From contig JAAOMT010000176.1 in assembly GCA_016748015.1 (NCBI GenBank), positions 358,434-422,433 of the forward strand: a stretch of 64,000 nucleotides of DNA, in the 5' to 3' direction. Under the pieces are notes generated by a model, which did not search any database, was not told where the DNA came from, and worked only from the letters and a program-made list of their open reading frames with translations. Origin of the DNA: Geosiphon pyriformis uo1 (Eukaryota; Fungi; Glomeromycota). Numbering within the stretch: the first letter of the stretch is position 1; each line of letters begins with the position of its first letter. A program made the translations under genes and the position numbers. Positions 50,079-62,282 of the stretch are shown here, piece by piece.

Positions 50079-53000
50079 ACACCATTAGAAATTTGATTAC
50101 TACTACCACAACCAGATTTCAGAGCCGTTAGTTCTTGAAAAATAATCAACTCCAAGAAAGAAAAGAGTAGTGATCAAAAAATTAACAAACAAAACCTGAT
50201 CTTAGAAAATTCAGAATGATTGAAACCCCAACATAATTAATCAACAAAACTTACCTCCAATAATTAAAATCAATTCACCACTCATTCCACCAATTGTCAA
50301 ACAACAACAACAGCCACAACCACTATTCCAACAACAAATTCAGCAGCAACTACCACAACAACCAATGGCCTATGCTCCAATTACCAAAATAAAAAAATTT
50401 ACTAATAAAGAGGATGACGCCCAAGTATGGCTCAATAACATGGAAAAAGCCATCACAGCCAATGGATGGAATGATAACAGAGCCCTTCAAGCAATTCCTT
50501 ATTTTCTATAAGATACTGCCAATTCATGGTATCAGAGTTTAGCCACTAAACCTCAAATGTTTCAGGAATTTAAAATTGTATTCTTGAGATATTTCAGTAA
50601 TAACAACAGTATTAATCACCTAGCCAACACCTTCACTACAATCAAACAGGAAAAAACTGAAGCAGTTACTACTTACTTAAGATGCTTCCACAGAAACTTG
50701 TGCCAAATTCAAGCAATTCAAGCTGACTATTTTACAGTGCCACAGACCCTAAATCAGTTTATCCATTGACTGCGCAATAGTCTTCTTCAATACATACACC
50801 TAATGCATCCACAAACTCTTCAAGATGCAGTTACCAATACAAGAGATTTTGAATCAGCAAAACTTGAAGCAAACCATGTTCAAGCTGTTAACCTAGTCAT
50901 GAATAGATTATTTGACTTGAATTCCAAATTGAAACAACTTAGTGATTCAATTAATCAGAAATTGGAAGGATACTTAGCTAACAATCATACAATTTATTAA
51001 CCACCATAATGATGCAATAACTCAGGAAACATGAATCATTTCCAAAATCAGTCACATCCATCATCATCTTCAAATCAGCTGTGACAACAAAAAATGCATG
51101 TCTGTCATAATTGTGGTAAACAAGACCATATTAGAGCCAACTGCTGATTTTATAGTAATAACTCACAATCAGAAAATCAATATTGAAACTTCAATTGCTG
51201 GTTTCAAGCTCCAAATTATTAACCCAATTCAGCACCATATCAACCAAATTACCTACCTATGATGCAACAACCAATCTATCAACCACCAATTTATCAGCCT
51301 TCAGTATCTGTCGTTTATTAATTACAGTCCCAACCCATTTATCAGCCACAGCCTTAGGTAATTTATCAGCCCTAACAAATTCAAACACCACCATAGAACT
51401 TACTTCAAAATAAAACCCAAAGGCTGAGATTGACACAACAAAGCCGGAAATTGTCAATAGTAGTCTATCAACTAATCCCCAATTTTTCCATACAACCATC
51501 AGAATTGCGACAATAGAATTTGGGCACCGGATACATCCAAAACCCGAATTTCCAGAACTATTTAAGTCTCCTGATCACCCCAGAAAATGCTACATCCAAC
51601 AAATCAGAAGCCAACCAAAAACCACCCACCAACAATATCTTGCCAGCAACCATTATAGAAAATAAATTACTTACTGCTATCTTCCCTTTTGAATTTGAGG
51701 AACCAGTTGAAATGCCACTATTCAGTGGAGCTGCCTTAGAATCAAAACTCATTACTGTAATGTATACAGATGCTAAAGTTAATGGGCAGCACATAAAACT
51801 GATTCTAGACAGTGGATCAGCTGGTAATATCATCACAAAACAACTTATGAACCAACTAGGTTGCTGAGTTGATTAAGCTGCCAGCACACGAATCATCACT
51901 ACTAATGGAGTGACCAAAACTCCAATCAGTAAGATTGATAATTTTTCTATAGAAGTCAATAGTATTATTGTGCCAATCAAGATATTAGTCATGCAAACCA
52001 CTCAATATTAAGCACTTGTTGGCAATGACTGGCTGTTCAAGACCAATGTAATGCTTGATTGGAATATGCAGGAGCTTTAACTTAGCCAGAACAGTTGATA
52101 CACACGCATATCTGCCACATATAGCCATTTCAAGACCACTAACATGCCAGTACTGCTCATTGAGTTCAAAGAAAAAGAGAAGAAACCTACCTGAGAAGCC
52201 TATTAAGTGTCATGGGCTGAAGAAAACCACAATGAGCTACCATCAATACTTCCTTAGGATAACAACAGAAAAGGAAAACAAAAAAAAAACTTATCTGGAA
52301 TGCCAACCAAACCTGGGGAACTAACAATGACCTGGACAAGTTTTCAACTTGGGAATAGAAAGAGACTGGCAAAGAAAAAAAAAGAAAAGAAAGAAGAAAC
52401 AACTTCTATCAGCACCACTTATAATTACTACATCTATACTACCCCACAACAATTCACTTATTGTTAACCAAAGCTTATATGCGTCAATTGTGACAAGAAA
52501 TTGTCATCAATAGATGCATGTTGTAGTAATAATAAGGAATACCCAACAGCAATCAAGTTTTACTGTCATCCATGTCTTGTTGAACACTTTAGAAGGCCAA
52601 AATGAGTTGGAAAATGGGATAATAAGCCATGCTTAGCTTGTGAAGAAACTTTTTTTGATAAAAGAATGTGGAACAACATTCTTGAAAGAGGAGGAACATG
52701 CGACAAATTGTGTTAGCACATAATTCTCATAAGTGATTAGATAAGGAAAAAAACACCCATAGACACTGCCTGAAGATGAGCAGTCAAACGTCTGAACAGT
52801 TGTCCACACAATAATGATAAAATATGACAAATAGCACTCGCCAAAATCAAAGGAGTGTTACCAGAAAAAATAAAAACAATTAAAAATAACTCATCTGAAC
52901 CCATAGAACTTGATTGGGACCCAGAACCAGTCATAAATCTTCTAGACCCAAAACAATTTTATGAACACTACCAAGAGCTAGCATCTACAAGAAAAGAGCA

Positions 53001-54399
53001 GAAGCAACATTTGAAAGAAATTAACACTCAACTATGTGACCACTGTTTGATCCCATGTGATTTTCAATATTGTAATAAGTATGACTTCATTTACAATCTA
53101 CCACCACACATAATCTACACAATTGTGGAAGAGAAAAAACCAATCAGCAGCTGTGCATCAGAATCAGAATAAATTTTCAATTCTAATTCAAACTCTGATA
53201 ATGATAATGATAAAAACAATGGTTTCAGCTTCATCCAATATAGCAACAAAAATAACAATGATTTAGACTTTGATACAAACCCAAAACATATATCACACTC
53301 CCTAATCTCACCAAAGAGCAAGAGCTGAAATGGTTTAGCAATAATAATGAAAAAATTATGTCAGAATGTCCACATAATACCAATGCAGAGTTTGATCTGA
53401 AATATCCAGTGTTATCAGAGGTTTTTGGTCTCTTTTTTTGAATGTTATAATTGTCTGTTGGTTGCAAATTCACGTTTTTTAGAAGTAGTTGAACCTCCAA
53501 TAACTGAATTTATTTTCAAATTATCTTCTATAATTTGAACTGCTGGGCTTATAAGTGGAATAGCCAATTCTGTGCCAGTTGCTTTGTGTAGTTACGTTGT
53601 AGTAAATATCAACTCTTTCCCAGGAATTGCTCGTCTGGAAGCTCACTAAAAATGTGTAGTTACTTTGCTGTGAAAGTCAACTCTTCTACAGGAATCTTGT
53701 CTGTAGGCTACCCTAATGATTATAATAAGAAAATAAAAATAAATAAATAAAAGAAATGTAAAAGAAATAGAATTCTGTCAGGTGAAACATTTTCTATCTA
53801 GGCCTGGAGTCACTAACAGTTTAATGAAATTAGTAGCTAATCAATTTCAAAATGTTAGTTGGATTTTGGGGATTTTCCAAGTGCAATAATTAAAGAATTT
53901 GGTTTTTCAATTTATTTGATATTTATTTCTTTTTGTGTATATAGGAATGGTTTTAAGTGATAAATCTAAAGTAAGATACATTTTCTTGAAGAGAAAAGCT
54001 CTTCTTTTATACAACTTGTTGTAACACTATTTTATGAACTTGAACTTTGCTTTTTTCTACAATTTCACTAAATTAAAGATACATTTCGGTAAATTACAAG
54101 TTATTTCTGCAAACTATTAGATATTTCAGTGAACTATCAATTATTTTGGTGAATTTCTACAAATTTCGGCGAACTTTTGAATGTTACATATTTTGGAGTA
54201 TTGCATGATTGATCATTGCACTTAGGTTACATTTGTGTTATGTACAAATTGGGTTATTAATTAAATGATAATTTCAGACATTTTGCTAATGTAATAAGTG
54301 ATAATTTGAAACAATAATATATGCTAATTAATGATAAGATTTATAAGGGTAATTTCATGCTAAACAATATTTCTAATTTTGTCTGGTAATATAACCTTC

Positions 54400-55079
54400 T
54401 CCTCAAGACTGAGCTCCATCGAAGTCCAAGTACTGTCTGTAATTTCCAGATAATAATCCAAAATTATTGAAGAAATTTGGTCTGAAAATTGTTGAAATTT
54501 CAGTTCTGTGAGCTTTCCAATGTATTGAATCTTCAAAGACTGTAAAATTGGGTTTTGTAGGACGTTTTCACAGGTGTAGAATAGGTCATAAAGTCTAAGA
54601 ACAGCTCTTAGTTTATAATAACTGTTTATAGATCCAGCTGTTGTCTTGAATTTGTTGTGAAGTTGTTTCTGAATAGCTTTTTTTGTGAGATTTGCTGCTG
54701 TAAGCTTCTATTTTTATTTGTAAAGTGTTTTTCCAATGTAGAAATATTTATATATTGGAGTATAGTCATAGTTTTTTTCATTAAAACACAGTTGAAGTTT
54801 TTGTTGAATAGTAGCATTTGGTGGAATACTAATAGGAGTGAGTATTAAGTTTTCTCTTAAAGCAAGCTTTAAAAGTTCTGACAAGTGAATTCCAGAATAA
54901 CTTCTTGTATTTTTTTTATATGGGTAATATTTTCGTGAATTTGGGGCTAAATTTGTAACTACTTCTGTTTGGGTATAATTAATGTGGTTTCCAGTAATAG
55001 TAATGGATAATTTGGGTATTGTTTTTAAAGCTAACATTAGTTTTTGGGATAATTGTTGAATGTTTTGAGAAATAGTCAT
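54400..55079 (-). pseudogene. Additional ORF3 of E, unknown function
   Basis: ORF 54714-55079 continues in frame past two stops: IYKYFYIGKTL...RAVLRLYDLF...VLQNPILQSLKIQYIGKLTELKF. Confidence 0.72.
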
Positions 55080-55199
55080 TATAAAAGATTTGAAAATAAA
55101 AGAAAATTATTTTTGGTGTATGGGTTTTTATGTTATTTTTGCTTTTGTTTTTTTTTTGTGAGATTGTTTCTAAATTATAAGGAGATAACTATAATAATA

Positions 55200-56608
55200 A
55201 ATTTAAGTTAAGTATTCAAGTTGGGAGGTTGTTCAATGACAACTATTGGTTCTAAATTTCGGAGAATATTTTCAGGATTGATTAAAAGAGAATGTGTACC
55301 AATTTGTGGAATTAATAGTTCAGAATTGTTTCTGGAATTATAGTGTTTCAAATGATCTCCATGTGCAACTTTTGCTAGGATTTTGTCATCAAGTCTTAGC
55401 TTGTATGATCCGTTGCCTAGGACTTTATGGATAAAGAATGGTCCATCCCATTTATTTTCAAATTTTCCACTCTATTGTTTTTCAGCTTTAGTTTTGTATA
55501 AGAGAACTTTGTTTCTAATTTTAAATCCATTGGTAACTGAAGACAATTTGTCATCATGCCATTCTTTTTGTTGAGTTTGGAAGTGTTTAATATGAGTGGC
55601 TGCTATTTGTTATTTTCCTTTCAACGTGCTAAGCAGAGTGTAGGCTCTTTATTGTAGTGTTTTCTAAAAGTTGTCTTTATTAATTGGTTGTACTGAATAT
55701 GTTTTCATTGTGAAACTAATTAGTAGTGTTGCTGTCCTTCCATAGGTTAAATCAAATGGTGTGTGTTTTGTGGTATTTTGTTTTAGTGTTCTATATGCTA
55801 GTAATACTGATGGAATAAAGAGATCCCATTTTTGTTCAAAATTGGTTGAGACTTTGGCTAATGATTCATACAATGTTCTGTTAAAACGTTCTACAAGTCT
55901 ATTTGTTTATAGATAGTAGGGCGAAGATAATGGTCTTTTGACATTAAATTGTCCACAAATTTCCTGGATTAAATTGTTTACAAAATGTGTTTCTTGATCA
56001 AATAAAAGTTCTATTGGGCATCCATGTCTACAAATGATGTCTTCGTAGATGAAGTTTGCTACTGATTTTGCATCTGCTCATTGAATGGCTCTGGCTTCAG
56101 GCCATTTGGTGAGATAGTCTACAGCTACTGCAATATAACAGTTTCCTTGGTTTGTAATAGGAAGTAGTCCAACTAAATTGATACCAATTCAGTCAAAAGG
56201 CTGTTCAACTTTGATTGAGTTTAAAGGTTCTGTAGGGCGAGTTCCTTCACTTTTTTGACAACTATCACAAGACTTAACATATTCATGAATGTCTTTTCTC
56301 ATTTAAGGCCAAAAATAATATTCTAGTGTTTTCTGAATGGTGCTGTCTTTTCCTAGATATGCTGATGAAAGGTCTGAGTGCATATTATATAAAATAGTTT
56401 CTTTTTCATGTTCTTGTATTAATCTGAGTAGATTGTCTGGGTTTTTGAAGTTTCGATAATAAATTATGTTGTTGTGTAAGAAGTATTGTTTGGCTTGTTG
56501 TAACCGATGTTTTTTATCTGAGGACCAATCTGTTGGGATTGTTAATGTCTCCAAATATTGTTTAAGATTGTTGTAGTTTTCGGGATTCATTGTTTGTTGT
56601 TTTGTCAT
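55200..56608 (-). pseudogene. Integrase ORF of E
   Basis: ORFs 56303-56608 and 55664-55873 are in one frame; CDSCQ, AVDYLTKWPEA, W.GPF motif near 55440. Confidence 0.88.
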
Positions 56609-56636
56609 TAATTCAAATGAGTGTTGGTTTTGTATT

Positions 56637-59600
56637 CTAATCTTGCCTCATTTTTGAGAGACAATCAATGTTAATATGGAGTTTTCTTGGTTTGTGGTGT
56701 ATAATATATTGGTAGTTGGCTAAAAATCCTGTCCATCAAGTTTGTTTTGCATTTAGCTGAGTGTTTTTGTTCTGAAGCCATTTGAGTCCAATATTATTAG
56801 TAATAATATCAAATTCTTTGGGTCTGAAGTAAAGATTAAAGTGATATAGGGCCCAAATTACTGTTGTAGTTTCTAATTTTGTTGCAGGGTAGTTCTTTTT
56901 GGCTGGTTTCAATGTTCTGCTAGCATAAGCAATTACTCACTCATTTCTATTGTCATTTAACTGTGATAAGATGACACCAAAGACAGTATAAGAGACATCT
57001 GTTGCTAACCAGAATCGGTTGCTGAAATCTGAGTAGATGAGAATTGGAGCTGTCATTAGTTTTTTTTTGAGAATTTCAAATGTGATTTGGTGTTTAGCAG
57101 TTCATTTGTATTTGACGTTTTTGGTGATAAGCTGGTTGAGAGGTTTTGCAATTTCTAAGAATCCTTTGATAAACTTCTGATAGTAGGAGGCTAACCCTAT
57201 GAATCCTCTTAGTTCTGTAGTGTTTTAAAGAGTTTTGAAGTTTTTGACAGCACTGATTTTTTCAGAGTCCAGTTTGATTCCATCTTTACTAACAATATGA
57301 CCAAGAAAGACCAAGCTTGTTTTTCTAAAGTAGCATTTTTCAATGTTGAGTTTCAGTTTTGCTTTTCGTAATCATTGAAAAACTTCTTGCAGGTGTTTTA
57401 AGTGTAATTTGAATGATGAAGAATAAACATCAGTATCGTCAAGATAAATGACTACTGACTTCCAAAGGAGTTCTTTGTATACAATATCCATTAATCTCTG
57501 AAATGTTGCTAATGCATTGCATAATCCGAAAGACATTACATTGAATTCATAGTTTCTTCCTTGGATTGTGAAGACTGTTTTGGGACGATCTTTGGGGTTC
57601 ATGGCAACTTGCCAGTATCTACTTTCTAGATCTAGTGTTGAAAAGTATTTGGCCTTTCCAAGGGCATCCAACATATCATCAATTCGGAGAAGGGGATATG
57701 CATCTTCAATAGTGACACTGTTGAGTTGTCAATAATCAACACAAAATCATATCTTTCCATTTTTCTTTTTAACTAAGACCACAAGTGAGACCCATGGACT
57801 CATTGATAGTTGAATAAGCCCATTGTTGAGCATCCATTGTATTTCTTTGTGGATAAATTGGTAACTTTCTGAAGCAACTCAGTAGGCTTGCTGTTGCCTT
57901 GGTTTGGCATCTCCTGTATAGATTTGGTGTTGAGCCAAATTGGTTTTTCCTAAGTCATTGTTGTTTTTGGCAAAGATATCGGCAAATTCTGCAATTAGCT
58001 CTTTGAGCTGACTCTGTTGTTGTGGTTCAAGTTGTCCTATGTTGATTTGAGATAGTTTTTCCATAACAACATGGTAGTTTTTAGAGCTGTGGTTTGGGTT
58101 GATTTTTGGTAGTGAATGTCCAATAATTTCAGAGAAATCGGAAACTGTTTGGGGTAATTCTTGTTGAAAAATATTACTATGAATAACTCCAATTTCTAAG
58201 TTATTTAATAGAACTATGAAGTAATTATTGGAGTTGTAAAAAATAACTCGGACTTTCTTTGTTCTTTCTGTGATGTAAATATTTGGGATCAAGATATTAT
58301 GTTCCAAGCAAATTCATTCATTGGATTCAAAAATTTGTTGGGTGGTTGTTGGCTTTGGACAGATATAGATTTTGGGATGTTCTCCGAAAGGTGAAATAGT
58401 GATTGGTTGGGGAAGGCATAAAATCTGGTGAGACTCATTCTGTTCATTGAGAGCTATATTTACTGGAACTGTAAATTGTCCAGTTGAACCAAAACCTTGT
58501 GTTCCTCTTTTGCTTTTTCCCAATTGTTCTCTTTGATTGATTAACTGTAAGCCTGAAATATTGATTAAGGATAAATAGATAGCTTGAGCAATTTTTTCAG
58601 CATATTCAATTTTGAAAGGTTTATCAGTTTTATTTTGGAGTATTACTGTTATGTTACCAGTATATCCAGCATTGATTATTCCTCCTCTGACATTGATTTT
58701 TTTGCTTGCCAGAGAGGACCGGGAGGTGATTTGAACCATTGCTCCTGGTGAGATTTCGAGAGCAATTTTGAGGTTGATTTTTGTGTGAGATTTGGGTTTG
58801 AGAACAAGAGTATTCTTGTCTGGATATCTTAGGTCATATTCAGCATCAATTTCATGTGCTTTTTCGGGTTTTATTCCTTGTCTGTTGTTGTTGAAGTCTT
58901 TGAGTTGTAAGGCAGGCTGATTTTTGATAAGATAGATGGGTGTTGCTTTAATTTCTTCTGTTGCTTCAGGTTCTTCAAATTCAATTTTGTTTTCATCATT
59001 TTCATTGAGCAGGGGAATGCTAAGAGCATAGCATTCAGGGCACCATTGCTCATCACAAGGCATTATGCATTCTTCATACAATTTAATGTTCATTTGCTCT
59101 AGCTGTTGGGCTTGAGCTTCTTTGGTCGGGTAAGTGTGACTGGCAATTTGGTAATATACTTCTACTTTATCTTCATAGTTGTATCTAGTGATTTCAAAGA
59201 TGTATGCAATGTATTCTGATTCTTTCATTTGACAAACATTTTCTTGAGTGGTTCTGTTGATTAAAGCCATTGCTAGATCGAAAATCATTTCAGTATTATA
59301 AGGATAATGATACAGTTTGTTGAAGGCACTGTTGTAAGCAGCATTAAAAGGGGTTCCTCTTGTTACTTTTTCTAAGATTAAAAGGGCATATTGGCATGTT
59401 TGATCACAGACTTCTCCTCTGAATACAACATCAATTCAGTCACATTCATCAGATAATTATTCTCCACAAGTCAAATAGGGTGTTCTGTTCCATTTTCCAC
59501 TTCTTTTGACTAGGTGTTCCCATCATTCTCGGTGGCAAAATTTGCAATAGTAACAGGTATGATTTCCATATTCTTCCTTGGGTGAAATACAAGCTCCCAT

Positions 59601-62282
59601 TGATGAGAGTTTCTTGTGGCAATCTTTGCATTTGAGTGGAATGTAAGAGCATTGTTTTCGTGGTTCTGTTTTTGAATAGAAGATATTCCATCTGGGTGTC
59701 ACTGGTTCTTTTGTTTCAAGAAAATTGTTTGTTGAAAAATACTGTTGTTTAGTTTCATCAGCCCAATTGAAGGTTGATCTAAGTGCCATAAATGTTTCAA
59801 TGATGGGTTTTTCTTTTTCTGGTTTGAATTCAAAAGCCAGAGCTTTTTCGGAGCATTTGTTGAATGTACCACAAGTGGCAGGTACCCAGGCATGTTTTCC
59901 ATGGTAGGAAATTGTTAACTCTTATGTCTTTCAATTCAGATTAGCATTGGCTTTTTGGAGCCAATCATTTCCGATAAGAGCTTGGTATTGGGGAACATCC
60001 ATAATCAGAACTTTGACTGAAATGGTGATTCCGTCAATTGTAAATGAGAAGTTGTCAATTTCTCCTACTGGAGTCTTTTTCATGCCATCGGCAGTAACAA
60101 TTACTGTCTGAGCTGGTCGGTCAACATTTCTTTTTAACTGTTGCATCAACTGGTAGGTGATGATGCTTCCAGTGAATTCACTGTTTAGAATCAAGTGAAT
60201 TGGCTTTCCTTCTGCTTCAGCTTCTGTGTACATTGCAGTGATGGCTTTTTGCTCATTAACTGCTGCATTGTTAAGCAAGAATGGTGATTCATTTGCTTCA
60301 AATTCGAAAGAGAATATATCTGAAAGATTGGCATTTTCAGCAATTCTGGCTGGTGGAATTGTGGTAGGAGTATAGGAAGGGTTTTGTTGTTGTGCTGCAG
60401 CTCTACCTTCTGAAAGTGCAGTATGGTAAAAATCCTGTTCTTCTGGCATCATAAGATAACTGGGTTGAGTATGATAGTGGTTGGGTCTATGTTGATTCAA
60501 ATTTTGAGTGGTTAATTGGTTGTTGGAATTTAATCTGTTGTTGTTTGTTGGAAAACGGTTTTGTGGTGTAAATTGATTATGTTGAACCAATTTTCTAGCT
60601 AGCACTTGATATTGTGGTGTGGATGGTTGTTGATACTGTTGTTGAATTAGTTGTAGAGCAGATTGATAATAGTGGTTTGGATATTGTGGCCTTGGTAAAT
60701 ATCGAGCTGGTGGTGATAGATAATATGATTGTTGTGGTTGAAAATAACATTGATTATTTCTCTGTTGTTGGTCTTATTGCAATTTTCTACAATCACGTTT
60801 CCAGTATCCTGAAATTCTACAATAATGACAATTTTGGATTTGGTTGTTGGATGGTAGTCTGAAGTTGTTTTGATTGCATTATTGTAGGGGTTGATATTTT
60901 TGTGGTTGTTGTGATTGCTGCGGCAGCTGTTGTTGCTGTTGGTTGGTGAAGTAGTTTTCAACTTTTTTGGTTAATTGGTCAATCTTTTTTTCAGCTGCTG
61001 AGCTGGTTTTGCCAATAGCCAGGTTAACAAGTTTGGTACAGTTGGCTTCTTCCATGGCCATTTCATAGTTTTTCGCCTGTTGAATAGCAGTGGCTAAATT
61101 TTCTGGTGCATGTGGGTAAACTTTCTTGATAAGTTTGTCTTTTAGTCCAGCAATGAATTGATCCAAGATTTGTGCATTGGAGTAGTATTCATTGGTTTCC
61201 AATTGGTGAATCCTTCTAAGCAGTTTGTTAAATTTCCCAAGATAGGTCATAACTGATTTACTTGGTTCTTGCTTGATATTTCAGAACCAATTTTGAAGAG
61301 TGATAGAAGTGTTATTGTTAGTGAACTGTTCTAGAAAAGCAGTTTTGAATGCTTCCCAGTGTTCTGGTGAGGCTTCCAAGTTTTCAAACCATTCACCGGC
61401 CGTTCCTTGTAAGAAGTATAGAATTGCTTTTAATATTCTAGCAGCATTTCAACCATTTACATCTCCTGCTTTTGAGACTTTGTCAAGCCATTTTTGAGGA
61501 CTGGTTTCACTGTCTTCTTCTGTGAACTCAGGGATTTTTGTGATATATGTGGAGGCCATTTTTTCTTCATTTTCTGAGTCTTCTGTTTCTTGTTCTGATT
61601 CGGTCTCTTCACTTTGATTTTCTGCTAAGTAGTCAATAAAGTTTGTGCTGGTTAATATTGGTTTCTGTTGTTGAATAGGGCTTTTGGATGACTGAAAATC
61701 TTCTATTCTTAAAAACTGAATAAATGGTGAGCTTGGTGTTTGTGGTTAAGCAAGTGAAGCTAGAAATAGTGTGATTGAGAATGGTAATTTAAAGCTGGTT
61801 CCTTGTTCTGGAGTTTGTAAATGTTTGGCAGTGGTTTTAGGTGTATTGGAAGTAGTTCTGAGTTTTTGTTTCCTTTTTCTTTTTCTTTTTTCTGTTTCTG
61901 ATTCAAAACCAAGAGAAAATTTCTGTTCTACTGGGTAATTCTCTTTACAATACTGAATGATATTGAAGTTGAGTTCTTGGAAATATGTTTTAAGTGTTTG
62001 ACTGTTAAAATTCTGAGTGTTTAGACAAGAGTAATGTATTAAGTTTTCATATAAGTTGTGTCTAACTTCTGAAATGTTGTAGTCTCCAAAAAGATAATTG
62101 TTGATGTAATTTTCAATATACTGGTAAAGTGTTTTCTTAAATGTTTCAATTCTGTCTGGGATGTTAAATCTCTGCTTGCAGTGGGTGTAGATTGACTGAT
62201 AATACTCTAGAGTTTTTGGATCTGTTTGAGTCGCCACTTTTGAAGTTGTTGTTGCTGTGTTATTTCTGTGGAAGAACACCAA
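56637..62282 (-). pseudogene. gag-protease-Cys-rich-dUTPase-RT-RNase H polyprotein of E
   Basis: ORFs 61746-62282, 60879-61250, 59931-60605, 58314-59288, 57879-58307 and 57372-57674 share one frame; dUTPase motifs YDLRYP, RSSLAS, GGIINAGYTG, KIAQ, RGTQGFGSTG; RT IYLDD; ends DCLSKMRQD-TAG at 56639-56637. Confidence 0.92.

Noticed and set aside
54400-55079. ORF3 as env or chromodomain
   Set aside because: No evident signal peptide, transmembrane helix or chromodomain aromatic pattern, and it is not fused to integrase.
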